Below, one piece after another: positions 11,909 to 23,135 of a stretch of 38,375 nt of DNA. This DNA is from Tubiluchus corallicola (lineage: Eukaryota > Animalia > Priapulida): NCBI GenBank assembly GCA_030141605.1, contig JAQGDQ010000626.1, forward strand, positions 1-38,375. Reading direction: 5' to 3'. The stretch's first letter is position 1. Each line of letters starts with the position of its first letter. Made by a program: the position numbers and the translations under genes. Under the pieces are notes generated by a model. The model had not been told where the DNA came from and ran no database searches. It saw nothing but the letters and a program-made list of their open reading frames with translations.

Positions 11909-12458
11909 TTTTATAAAGACTTCTACACAATCTTGTTTTATATAAATACATCAACAATATTAACACGCCCTTCATCAAAAATAAGCCTCCACTCCTCTTG
12001 GAGCAACATTAAAACCAAGAACACACAATATTAAACAAATACGCACTAATAACAACAACGGCAACAATTCTATCACTAAACAAGGAGTTCAACTTTGGAA
12101 TACCCTGCCATCAAATTTAAAACAAATCAAGTCTTTCGACAAATTCAAATCAAAATTAAAAATACGTACATTAAATCGTTTTGAAAACCCTACATACGTA
12201 AACGATAATATATATTCATCCACAAATTTTATTTACCCACGTCTATTTTAAATTGTCTGTATATATTGTATATAGTCTATTATAATTTCCGTGTAATATT
12301 ATAATGTATATTTTTGTTTTAAATCTTTGGCACAGTAGTTTTTAGTTTGCACTGGACGCATTTGCCTTTAACAGTTGTGTGAATTTTATTCTCATGCTGC
12401 GATGTTCTTTTATGCTTTTATAGTTACGAATATCGATTTTTTATGGCAAATAAAGATT
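11909..12458 (+). mobile_element. L2/CR1-group LINE 3' fragment
   Basis: Degenerate ORF2 C-terminus (...GVQLWNTLPSNLKQIKSFDKFKSKLK, LWNTLP at 12093-12110), followed by an AT-rich UTR and AATAAA at 12449-12454. Confidence 0.7.
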
Positions 12459-12529
12459 ATATATATAAAGTGTAATATATATATATATATAATATGTAAT
12501 AATAATAAACCTATATATATATATATATA

Positions 12530-13174
12530 GGTTTTACATGTCAAGTGTAGAACTGCGTTAACTCAAATGTAGACTTGGGTAGTTCAAATGTGTCTTGGTA
12601 ACTCAAATGTAGACTTAGGTAGTTCAAATGTGTTAACAATGGTTTTCAAGAAATCTTAAGCGTTTTTTGATGAGTCAAATGTAGACACATGTCAAGTCAA
12701 ATGTGACATTGGTATCTCAAATGTGGATAGGTGGTAAAGCTTAAGGATGTTAAATTTAATCTCCTTTAATCTTAATTTAATAATTGCTGTGAAAATAATA
12801 ACTTTGTAGGTCTACTAATAGTTCACTAATATTCTGCAAACTTTACATACCATTGGAACTGTTAGAGAAAACAATACATTCTTAAAATAAACAATGTTTC
12901 TTGAGAGAAACTAATTCATTAATGCAGTGCTAATGTATTACTTAAAAAAACTAATTAGTGATTCACTGTTCATTGGGAAGGGATAAACAACACATTTTTC
13001 AAAGTTATGAAAGAGGTGATGACTATCTTTGGTTTATCTTTTTCTAATTTGAACTTAAATAACTTAATTACCTATTTATTCAAAGTACCGCATCTACATT
13101 TGACTTACCTAAGTCACATTTGAGTTACTAAAACACATTCGAAATTTCTATGTCTACATTTGACGTGTAAAACC
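12530..13174. mobile_element. MITE with ~22-bp TIRs inserted in (TA)n
   Basis: GGTTTTACATGTCAAGTGTAGA / TCTACATTTGACGTGTAAAACC, TATA on both sides; subterminal TCAAATGT(AGAC) repeats in inverted orientation at the two ends. Confidence 0.8.
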
Positions 13175-13783
13175 TATAATTATCTGCGCTATGAAAAACT
13201 ACGGCAGTCTCACTGTATTCAGCACAATATAAACGCGCGCCCTTGTGTATCATGCCTGTGCAATAAAACTTAAAAAATCTAGTCCCCAATATCACAATGT
13301 GTAGCAAATCTTTTAATGATAATGTATTTGTGTAAAATATCGTTTTAGATATATCTGTACTTTAATGCTTACAATAGACTCTGACGAAAAACGTCTTTTT
13401 GTAAATAGAAATTAAATAATAAAATGTTGCTACGTTACTGTACTTAATTAGTTGTTAAAAATGCTTAATAATTATGAGTTTAGCCTGATGTTGTCACAAT
13501 AGAAATAATGAAAAGGAAATTAGAATGTTTTTCATCTTAATTAACAAATTATATCTGCAGGTTTTATACAATGATGATTGTTTATACTGATTTAAATAAT
13601 ATAGAATTTCTACGAAATCATATAAAATGGCGTTATTATTTAAAATATGTATATAATCTTAAAGATGTTTCAGTCCATCACAACAGTTAAAACAAACACA
13701 TTTGAAAAACAAGTATTATAAAATTATACAAACAGTGATACAAGGTAAAAAAGAATTAGGTCATAAGCGCGCCCTCCGGTATT

Positions 13784-14772
13784 AGTAGTTTAATCATATT
13801 TTTATATAGGATTGGATCAGACAGTTTGAACTACATGATTTAGGATCCTCGCCAGAACAGACTTTATACACTATTTACAAAAACATTTACAGTAAGAATA
13901 GACTATAACTACACAAGCTGACAAGTTTTACTACAAGATTACATTAGACATTAGTAACATTTACAGTAAGAATAGACTATAACTACACAAGCTGACAAGT
14001 TTTACTACAAGATTACACTAGACATTAGTAACATTTACAGTAAGAATAGACTATAACTACACAAGCTGACAAGTTTTACTACAAGATTACATTAGACATT
14101 AGTAACATTTAAAGTAAGAATAGACTATAACTACACAAGCTGACAAGTTTTACTACAAGATTACATTAGACATTAGTAACATTTACAGTAAGAATAGACT
14201 ATAACTACACAAGCTGACAAGTTTCACTACAAGATTACACTAGACATTAGTAACATTTACAGTAAGAATAGACTATAGCTACACAAGCTGACAAGTTTTA
14301 CTACAAGATTACATTAGACATTAGTAACATTTACAGTAAGAATAGACTATAACTACACAAGCTGACAAGTTTTGCTACAAGATTACATTAGACATTAGTA
14401 GAAAATGACGGTTAGAAAATATTAATGTACGAATATTTAAGACCGATGCATTTCATATCAGATAGAAACTACTGGAAGCGTTTAGTACGGAATATAAAGT
14501 CACGTATGCATTGGAATATTTTGCAGTTAGCAACATAGTTAAATTCATCTTTTCCGAATAATAACAACTTCAACAGATCATTAGTTCCTAAGGCAGCTAT
14601 ATTAAGGTTTTCAGGCAGAAGTATTTCATTTAGTTTATCAATCATAACAACCCTAGTTTGTTGATACAATGGGCAGTGCAACAAAAAAGTGTTCAACAGA
14701 CTCAAATCGAAATCCACAGTTACAATTCGGCAATACTGGATGGCCGTTATTTGCAGCCTTTAGAGAAAAGGT
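13784..14772 (-). mobile_element. 5'-truncated CR1-like LINE with 7 x 74-bp tandem array in its 3' UTR
   Basis: Minus strand encodes CNCGFRFESVEHF/LLHCPLY...LLFG...TKRFQ (CCHC knuckle, one frameshift). An 11-bp direct repeat CCTCCGGTATT at 13773-83 and 14773-83 is the likely TSD. Confidence 0.8.
13883..14400. repeat. 74-bp tandem array (7 units)
   Basis: Unit ACATTTACAGTAAGAATAGACTATAACTACACAAGCTGACAAGTTTTACTACAAGATTACATTAGACATTAGTA. Confidence 0.97.
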
Positions 14773-16189
14773 CCTCCGGTATTCTGTGATATGAGTCAAA
14801 TTTTGTCAAAATTTCGGTTGGTTGCTACTGATCACGCCATCCACCCACACTTTGCCGCTTTTAGTCACGTGAGAAAGGAATGTCGTTGAGTTCGGACGAT
14901 CGGATAGAACGAATTCACGTTCTAGTGTCGTTTTCAGTGCATTTTAGAGACATTTAATGATTTTGTTGGTGTCTAATTGTGAGTAGATCTTACAGAAATT
15001 ATAAGGCGCATGCTTGTGACACAGACAAGTGGTTTCGTAATAATAAAAGGTTTATTAAACGATTGATCATTTTGAAGTAACGTCTTTCATTCACTGAACG
15101 AGTTTATTCAGACTGGCTGTATCTCTGAAGTATGTAAGAGCACTGTGGCTTCAATTGTGCCAACACTCCCCTCTGTCACTTTGGTTACGTCCTACTTGTG
15201 ACGTAGGCATTACTTCTTAACTGTTGTTTCCTCCCAATCTGGACTTCCTGTTGTAGCCAGCTGTAAACGTTACCAAATTTAGCTGATGAGTCTGTTGCTA
15301 TGAAACTTCTTTACTGTTTTCAATAAAATAGTTTGTTTTGCCTAAATCTGTGCAGTTTGATGTTTCAAAGCAAAAGGAAATAATATTTAGAAACAAAATT
15401 CAATCTCTGACAAACTTTGTACAATTAGAGTAAAACAACGACTGTAGATGGCAGCATAGACTAATTCAGTACTTTGGTGTAGTTTTTGACAACTAAATGG
15501 GTCACATAATACCACAATCGCGTACTCGGTACAATAAGCCGCAATAATGCTACGTTGCAACAACCTTGAAAACGCATTTGTTCAAAAAATGGGCAAACAA
15601 GCCATACGAGGAGGAACTTTTATTCATGAATGAAAAGTCATAAACTGTCTTTCTCATCGTGGGATTTAGCTTTTGTTCCTTTTCCACTATACGGGACGTC
15701 ATGTTTTTCTAATCTTTGTTTTTCTTACACTAAGCCAAACAGACTATATTGCATACTACATGATATGCTGTTGCATGTAATACGTGGCACAATACATCTC
15801 AGGATATATCACTATTAACAACAAAAGACTGAAACTTTACACTCGAAAATGGATCTCAAGATGAATAGGAAATTGCATTATAAGCTTAGAACTGATGTTT
15901 CCAGATACACAGGACGTAAGCCTGGGTAAAAGCAAAGAAAATAAATGACATTGCTTTTCAATTATATGTGACGCCCACAGTCAGTGTATATGCATGTTGA
16001 TTTAACAGCAAAAGCTTGTTAAATAAAATCGGTTTCCTTTACGCTTCAACTGGAAAATTAGACTGAAATTTTTTATTTTGTACGAGTTTTCGTTGCTTGG
16101 TTACATCTGATAAGCATGCGCACTGCATACAGCCTACAAGACATATGTACGCTTATTAGTCGTATGTATATTGCACTTCTGTCTGTCTT

Positions 16190-16444
<255 letters not shown>

Positions 16445-16676
16445 ATAAATTTTGGGGCAAAAAATACTGCAAGGTACATAAGCATAGTATACCAATAAAA
16501 ATAATTATACCAATACAATCATACGTGCAGCATAAATATGTACAAAGGTGCCACAGAAGACTTAACAAAAAACAAAAAAACTTTGTGAATGATAACCCTG
16601 CATCGCCATCATCACCGTCATTATTTCTGCCATAATCAGTACTATCGATATTATTATCTTTTAGAACTTGTGATCT

Positions 16677-16796
16677 GACTACGGCCAAATCACGTTGAAA
16701 ACACCGGTTCTCGTCTGATCACCGAAGTTAAGCTACGTAGAGACTGGTTAGTACTTGGATGGATGACCGCCGAGAAATACCAGGTACTGTAGGCTT
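16677..16796 (+). rRNA. Full-length 5S rRNA-derived sequence (SINE head/pseudogene rather than a functional gene)
   Basis: GACTACGGCCAAATCACGTTGAAAACACCGGTTCTCGTCTGATCACCGAAGTTAAGC...GGTTAGTACTTGGATGGATGACCGCC...GTAGGCTT matches metazoan 5S with several substitutions; no oligo-T terminator follows. Confidence 0.85.
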
Positions 16797-17232
16797 GCGG
16801 GATACCCACACTGTATCTCGACGCTAGGCGGAGGAGCTGTACAAGCAGCCAACGGCTAAAGAGCGGAGGAGGTCAAGTGACTCAACAGCCATGTGTAGAG
16901 GAGTAAACCTTCCAAATCAGGAGTGGAGCCCCGAAGGCGGACCAGTGCAGCATGCTCACTGACTCCGGCAGCTCCTGCATCCAACCTGGTGCCAAACGTA
17001 TCGCTCCGCTTTCCTTTGGACTACACCAGGGAGGAAGAGAGGGGGTTCCTGTTGTCTGGGCAACTCAGGATCTCCATACACCTTGCCCAGGCGTGCGCCC
17101 TGGAGACGTTCAAAGATCACACTGCTCAGCCAAAGTCGACGCTGCAGCTCCATCAATGTGATCAATAACTGACTCTCTTGGCGCACACTCCATTGTCTTC
17201 TGAGACAGAAGGATGCCAACCAACCAAAAAAA
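16677..17232 (+). mobile_element. 5S rRNA-derived SINE (SINE3-type)
   Basis: 5S head fused to a ~420-bp GC-rich body that ends in CCAACCAACCAAAAAAA, in an AT-rich context. Confidence 0.7.
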
Positions 17233-18142
17233 GTATATGAAAAATCATCCCGTCTTCCTTTAATAATATTACTGTTATTACTGCATATCTATTAACCCAA
17301 AAAGTTATGTCTAACAGCTAATTCAACTGGCTAATTTCCGTGTAAGACACTTTTGATATATATTAAAGTCAAATCGTTATAAGATAAAATTATATACATA
17401 CATATATATATATGTATATAGAAATGGATACAAACACTAGTTATTATTTGCATGATTATGTGTACGACTATAACTAAGAACTGATATAAAAATTATGTTG
17501 ACCATATTGAAATTAATTCACAGTCATAACGCCTAAGGTGTATACATCTTCCCTCAATGAGACAGGCAGTAAAACCAACGAATACCTTCAGTTATCAGTT
17601 GACTAAATTCAAAGCTGCTCCAACTATCGTGCTATTTTTATTATTATAACTGTTTATTTTGATCATAGAAACATATTTGTGGTGTTTGCCTCCCCACTAA
17701 ATCATGTAAGTGGAGGGTTTTCTTGTGCTTTAAGCTTCGTTTGCTCATGGGAGTGCAAAAAATTCCATTAGCAAAGGGATGCAAGTGATGCTGCTGGTCC
17801 ATTTTCGCACCCCGATGCTCTGCGGGCCGTAAGTCACACTTCCCTTCATAGGACTTGCAGATGTTTCCTAACCTAAAAGTGCCATCATAAGATTTTTGTC
17901 CCCGCCTCACAGGTTTAAGTCAACGCGATCCTGGTGGATAATTTAGCTGTTAACGTATGGCTGGTATACAAATGATGATGCACAAGTACTTAAAGTGCTG
18001 AATTGATTTGGCTCCCCGCATATATGAGCAGAGGAAATGTAATTTATAGTGACAATTTAAAAGATTTGGCTTTTAGGAGAAATGATTGCTGTTTGTTTGG
18101 TCACACTGGTCTAGTTTTTGCTGATGCAGATGTGGGTTCCCC

Positions 18143-18150
18143 TATATAAA
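18143..18150 (+). promoter_or_regulatory. TATA box of the Kunitz gene
   Basis: TATATAAA ~85 nt upstream of an ATG in strong context (GCCATGG, 18232). Confidence 0.5.
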
Positions 18151-18231
18151 TAAGCAATGACATCAGTCGAGTGTGACACATATCAGATTTCACTCGGTAG
18201 GAGAAACACTACTGCAGTTTATTCGTCAGCC

Positions 18232-18325
18232 ATGGTAGCTTTTTCTGTCATTCTAACAGTTCTATTTTCTTCAATGGTGGCTGCTGGAAATAGTGAAAAT
18301 GAAGTTGCACCTGATGCACCTGCAG
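18232..18325 (+). CDS. Kunitz gene exon 1: signal peptide (MVAFSVILTVLFSSMVAAGNSENEVAPDAPA)
   Basis: Kozak GCCATGG, hydrophobic core, CAG|GTAAGA donor in phase 1. Confidence 0.75.
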
Positions 18326-18853
18326 GTAAGAAAGATGTCTAAAGTTTTCTTATTATCTGCTAAAATGATTCCAAACCCAACAGGTCTGTCAGTAAAGAAG
18401 GACTTTTTTGGTTTTAAAGGAAAGAACAAGTCACTCAGTATGTTGAGTTTGTTTTCCTATTTGCACTTAAACTTAAAAAACATACAAAAAAAATGCAGGA
18501 AAACTGTCTGGTAAGCTCAAAACTAATTTATACTACCATTGTACGGAAATTTTCAGACGCAGTGGTAGCTAAGATTCACCTGAAAATTATGACGTAACTG
18601 GTGGACCTTGTAACTTCTTGTAAGTGCATATCATGGTTTTTCGCAAGTACGCACTGCTTGAACTAATTCAAACTTTTGCGGGTTACTTAATATTCATGCA
18701 AAAATATCACAAAATTATATTTTATAGAAAAGTTGATAGCATGAACAACTTTTCCTTGTGGGATGAACGACATCATTGGTGGAAGAATGAAACGAAGCGC
18801 TCAAGCGTGAAGTGATAGCGGCTTAGAAATAACTTTGCTAATTAAACGAGATA

Positions 18854-19843
18854 CCGTAAAACGGGGTGAGTTCGCCACCCGAGGGTGAGTTCGCCACCCC
18901 TTACGTAATGGCCATTGTAGGTTTGCTGTAACTGTTGTTCAGTGTTTAATGAACAGATATCATGATCACCGTCATTATAAACAGTTTGCGGCAGTTATCT
19001 TCTTTCAATTCGCACTAGAAGTATTCCATTCCGCGCTACATATTATTTGTCTACTATTTCTTGCTACTTAACATGCCACGCACCTGCACCCCTGTACCGG
19101 GTCATAGATAACAAAATTATACCCCAGAAGCTCTGGAAGCTGCCCTACGTGCCGTCAAGAATACCAACAGGACAATCAACGCAGCGGCGAGGCAATTCGG
19201 AGTTCCAAGAAATACCCTTTCTGACAAACTCTCAGGAAGTCATCCGCGGAAGACCGGAGGTCAGCCAGTGTTCTCCGCCGCCGAGGAGCACGAAATCGCC
19301 AACACTCCAAGTGGCCGCTGAATGGGGGTTCCCAATGACTGCCATCGATCTCCGACTACTGATTAAGAGCGTTCTTGACGCGAAGGGAATCCAGGAACGA
19401 CGATTCAAGGCAAACACCCCTGGAATAGACTTTGTCAAATCATTCGCCCGAAGGAACAATCTGGTTTTCAGAGTGGCTGGCAACATCAAGGGCGCCCGCG
19501 ATAAGATCAGTGCACAAGACGTTCAAGCCTTCCTTGCCAACGTAGGGCTCCTTATTGAAAACGTCCCACCATCGAACATTTTCAATAATTCGGCTAAAAC
19601 TAGACATTTTTCATAAATTTTTCATAGGGTGGCGAACTCACCCCCAACCAGCCAATCTCAACCAGTTAACTTCAGCTGCCTAGAATGGCATTAAACAGTG
19701 TTAAATTGTTAGTGGCGAATTCACCCCACGATCGTGTTTCATTCGAAAGGCAATATAAAGCTTGAACTAAGAAAATCGGTTGGGTAATTCTCTTGCTATG
19801 GCAGGAAACGTAAAAAAATACCCCTAAAAAGTGGCGAACTTAC
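18854..19843 (+). mobile_element. pogo/Tigger-family (Tc1-mariner superfamily) internally deleted transposon
   Basis: TA|CCGTAAAACGGGGTGAGTTCGCCAC left end; inverted GTGGCGAA(C/T)TCACCCC motifs at ~19629, ~19712 and ~19831. Transposase N-terminus from ATG 19073 (psq HTH: AAARQFGVPRNTLSDKL; CENP-B-type HTH: WGFPMT) has a stop and a frameshift; the DDE domain is missing. Confidence 0.85.
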
Positions 19844-20109
19844 TTATTACACTTATATTACTAAATCCCAACTGTCAACATCAGTGAAATAAGTCCAACT
19901 TTCTGGAATGACCTCTTTAGGCCCTTCCTGTATGAATTTGGTGGAACGCAACCACGACATTTTTCAGCTACACTAGTCACAGTTATTGCCATTGTTATAG
20001 AATGCCAAAGTGGAATTCAATGCTTATCTTTAATACTGATAAATGAATTTTTAATATCAATAAATCATTTCTGAATCAGTCAAAGAATTAAATAAGTGTA
20101 TTTTAACTT

Positions 20110-20335
20110 TAATTATTAAAACAACACATCGTTTTTTAAAAACTTAAATTACAACTGTTTAAAAGCACGTGCAAATGTTTCAACAACAATCAGCTGTCAT
20201 CATCAGTGGTACCCTATCCAAACAACAGTCAGTTAATAAAGGCAGAGCCTACAGTATCGAAAAGTATGCACTAATTATGTATTTATAATTTAGGTAATGA
20301 ATAAACAGACCTGTCGATAAGAAATAGATACAGTC
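20110..20335 (-). mobile_element. Diverged copy of the hammerhead-bearing element with a single 69-bp-like unit
   Basis: Minus strand CCA-CTGATGA-T-GACAGC/GTTGTT-GAAACATT (20171-20209). The + strand continues GGCAGAGCCTA...TATGCACTAATTATGTATTT...TAGGTAATGAATAAACAGACC...AAGAAATAGATACAGT, as in 3140-3290. Confidence 0.7.
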
Positions 20336-20449
20336 ATGAATAGCTAAGTGCTTGAAAATAAAGTTAATGGAATTGAACTGCTTAAGTGAAGCCCCAGTTA
20401 TTTGCAGCTCTGGTCACAATGCTGAAATTATTAAATTTGAACTGAATTG

Positions 20450-20592
20450 AAAAAATTCTCCTCAATCCCGCATTAACGACCATATTTGTTCCTCTGGTAC
20501 AAACATGTACAAATCATGTACAAATCACGTACAAATCATGTACCAGAGGCACAAATATGGTCGTTAATGCTGGAGAATTGAGGAGAATTTTT
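20450..20592. repeat. Long near-perfect inverted repeat (hairpin/MITE-like)
   Basis: ~50-bp arms AAAAAATTCTCCTCAAT..GCATTAACGACCATATTTGT.CCTCTGGTAC and its reverse complement, around 11-bp GTACAAATCAT repeats. Confidence 0.85.
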
Positions 20593-21287
20593 TTATTTCT
20601 TGCCAGTTAATGTTTCTAAGCGCATGTATAAATTGACTTAATTTTAAAGTAAAACCGGGACCCAATCTCAAACATTAGGTCAAAACAATCTACTCTTTAA
20701 AATATTGAAAAGAAACACTATTTTTTGCAAAAATAACTTACGTGAAAGAATTATAACCACACAAACACAATTTCGCGTTCGCGCATCTAGTTCTTCGCTG
20801 CTTCATGCATTTCGCCACTCGCTAATTAGACGGGCGCTAGCGCTTGCATTTCGGAAACGCATTGCATGCAAAACAGGTGTTGTACCTTTCAGCTGCGAAT
20901 TGTTAGCTTGTGACGAACTGCACACGTTCGGCAGCTCATCCGTGAGCACAGCAGTAAATTTGAAATTTGAATTTTTATTTTAAACATTCCTTGTTTTAGT
21001 ACAACGCAGTGAATATCTTACAGTAGCACTGTACTTCAATTTTGCTTTCATAAACACGTGCAACACGCTCGTGGAATATTTTTTCTGTTGAAAATTGTGT
21101 TAGTTTGTGATGTCACTTCGCCTGCGCTGCATCCCTGCAGCTAATTAAGTGTTTATTGTATCATCTAATTATCAGAAACGCTCTTGCAGTATCAATTTTT
21201 TTAAATGTATACTTTTTATCGGACCTGAAAATGGGGTAGTGTATAAAAAATCATCCTGCCTAATTTAATGCTTTTAATTTACTATAG

Positions 21288-21471
21288 GATGCAGCGACCC
21301 ACCATTGCTGTCAACATGTCGTTTAAACATCTTCTACGCTGATCGTGACTACTACTACTACTTCAACACAGATAAGGGCTATTGTGAAATTTACGAGCCA
21401 GATTCTCCTGGATGGTCCGAAGAGAAGTCTCCATTTTGATTCAGCCTTGGAGTGCGTTCAGACCTGCAGAG
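21288..21471 (+). CDS. Kunitz gene exon 2: Kunitz/BPTI-like domain 1 with a 1-bp frameshift
   Basis: tag|GA...AGAG|GTAAGC. Reads CSDPPLLSTCR...YYFNTDKGYCEIY...G, then in the shifted frame HFDSALECVQTCR. Deleting one G at 21414/15 gives GC and a 183-bp phase 1-1 exon. Confidence 0.75.
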
Positions 21472-21512
21472 GTAAGCTCCCCGGGTTATGTGGTTTGTGC
21501 ACGGTGGGTTTC

Positions 21513-21708
21513 GTACAGGTACGTTTGGTACAGGTAATTTTGGTGCAGGTAAGTTTGGTACAGGTGATTGTAGTACAGGTAATATTGGTAAAGGTGAGTT
21601 TGGTGCAAGCAAGTTTGGTACAGGTAATTTTGGTAAAGGTGAGTTTGCTACAGGTAAGCTTTGGACATGTAATTTTAGTACAGGTAAGTTTGATACAGGT
21701 AAGTTTGC
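21513..21708. repeat. 15-bp minisatellite (GTACAGGTAAGTTTG-like, ~13 units)
   Basis: Directly visible; explains the LVQVS/GTGKF/TCTKL ORFs. Confidence 0.9.
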
Positions 21709-22226
21709 TTAGTTTTAATACAACACACTGAATAAAGTACAGTAGCACTCTACTTACATTTTCGCTTTCTAAAACACGTGCAACATGCTCGTGAAATATT
21801 TTTGCTGTTGAAAGTTATATTAGTTTGTCATGTCATCGCTCGCCGTTAATTACGTTTTTAATCTACTATTTAATTATCAGAAACGCTTTTGCAATATTAA
21901 TCATGTTAAAATGTATACTTTTTATCGCAGTTGAAAATGGTGTTGTATATGAAAAATTATTCTGTCTTCCTTTAAGCACTTGGCAGAATAACTGTTTACG
22001 TTACACGGTAACCAGATGACGTCATTTTTCACCAAAACGAGCGCGCTTAAGCTTGAAGTGATTGCGATTTGAAATTGAAATTAGCAATTACACTAGGCGC
22101 TAACTACAATTTCACTGCTGAAACTTTCCAATGTCTTTCTCAAATATTAGAATAAGCTTAATTTCTCGAGAGACTTGGCCTTTGCTTTAATGTGACGTTT
22201 TACCATTTGTTTCATTTTGCGTTTAG

Positions 22227-22397
22227 GAAAGGGCGTATGCAAAGACCCACTGCCAAGATTCATGTGTAGAATCTCTTCCCTAGAAGCCTGGCATTACAAT
22301 CCGAAAACTAAGGTTTGCGAGACGTTCCAGTTTGCAGCCTGTCCTGGAATTTACAATCAGTTCCCCACAAAGGAAGCATGTGACAAATTCTGTGGAG
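22227..22397 (+). CDS. Kunitz gene exon 3: Kunitz/BPTI domain 2
   Basis: tttag|GA...GGAG|GTATGA, 171 bp, phase 1-1. CKDPLPRFMCRISSLEAWHYNPKTKVCETFQFAACPGIYNQFPTKEACDKFC has six Cys in Kunitz spacing. Confidence 0.88.
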
Positions 22398-22709
22398 GTA
22401 TGAGCGAAATTTACATCTTCAAAACTTATTAGCAGAAACTATTAATAATGTCGAGTTTGTACAGGTACATCTTGACTCTGAAATTAAGACATAAAACTTA
22501 AAAAAGCTAACAACAAGCACTTTTCCGGGCACATACTCGGGTTCTTACTACTTCCAAACCCTTCAAATAGGAAAATGGAAATTTTGACACTTGGTATGCA
22601 TGCATCTAGCATAGATGTCAACATTAAAAGCCGTATTTCTTAAAGCCGTAAGAAATTGTGAATAAACAGAGCTTTGAAATACTCTGGTGTACTGAAGTAC
22701 ACTCCTTAG

Positions 22710-22771
22710 TTGAGAAAACTCTCCGTTACCGTGTCGGTAGTTCCCCCATTGAACTTGCCCACCGGATGTGA
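22710..22771 (+). CDS. Kunitz gene: candidate proximal terminal exon (VEKTLRYRVGSSPIELAHRM*)
   Basis: ccttag acceptor, open in phase 1, AATAAA cluster at ~22964-22992. Confidence 0.3.
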
Positions 22772-23135
22772 TAGTGATTCAGCGTACATCCGCAGGAGCA
22801 GCAGCAGCAGCAGCAACAACAGCCACCACCTCTACCGACGCCACCACCACCATCAGCACCAGCAACAACAGCGACAACATTCCACAGAGCAATGATGATG
22901 CTTCTGGCAATTTTGATTTTGCTTAGTGGATTTGATAAACATCAAAAATGTAAATAATTTAGCGAATAAATAAAAATGGAAATAAAAATAAAACAGGCGG
23001 AAGTGGAATTCACTCTCACCGTTCAATTAAAAAAAATTTCAAGCTCACAATTGATAGAAATCCGACACTTTTTAAAGTGGTAAACTATTTGATGGCACAA
23101 ACCAAACATCTTAATTTAAAATGTTGGTTTTACAG

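Noticed and set aside
15283-15310. CTGATGAG...TGAAAC hammerhead-like boxes
   Set aside because: No convincing stem I or stem II by eye.
16677-16796. Functional 5S rRNA gene
   Set aside because: Single copy, substitutions in helices, no oligo-T terminator, fused to a SINE-like body.
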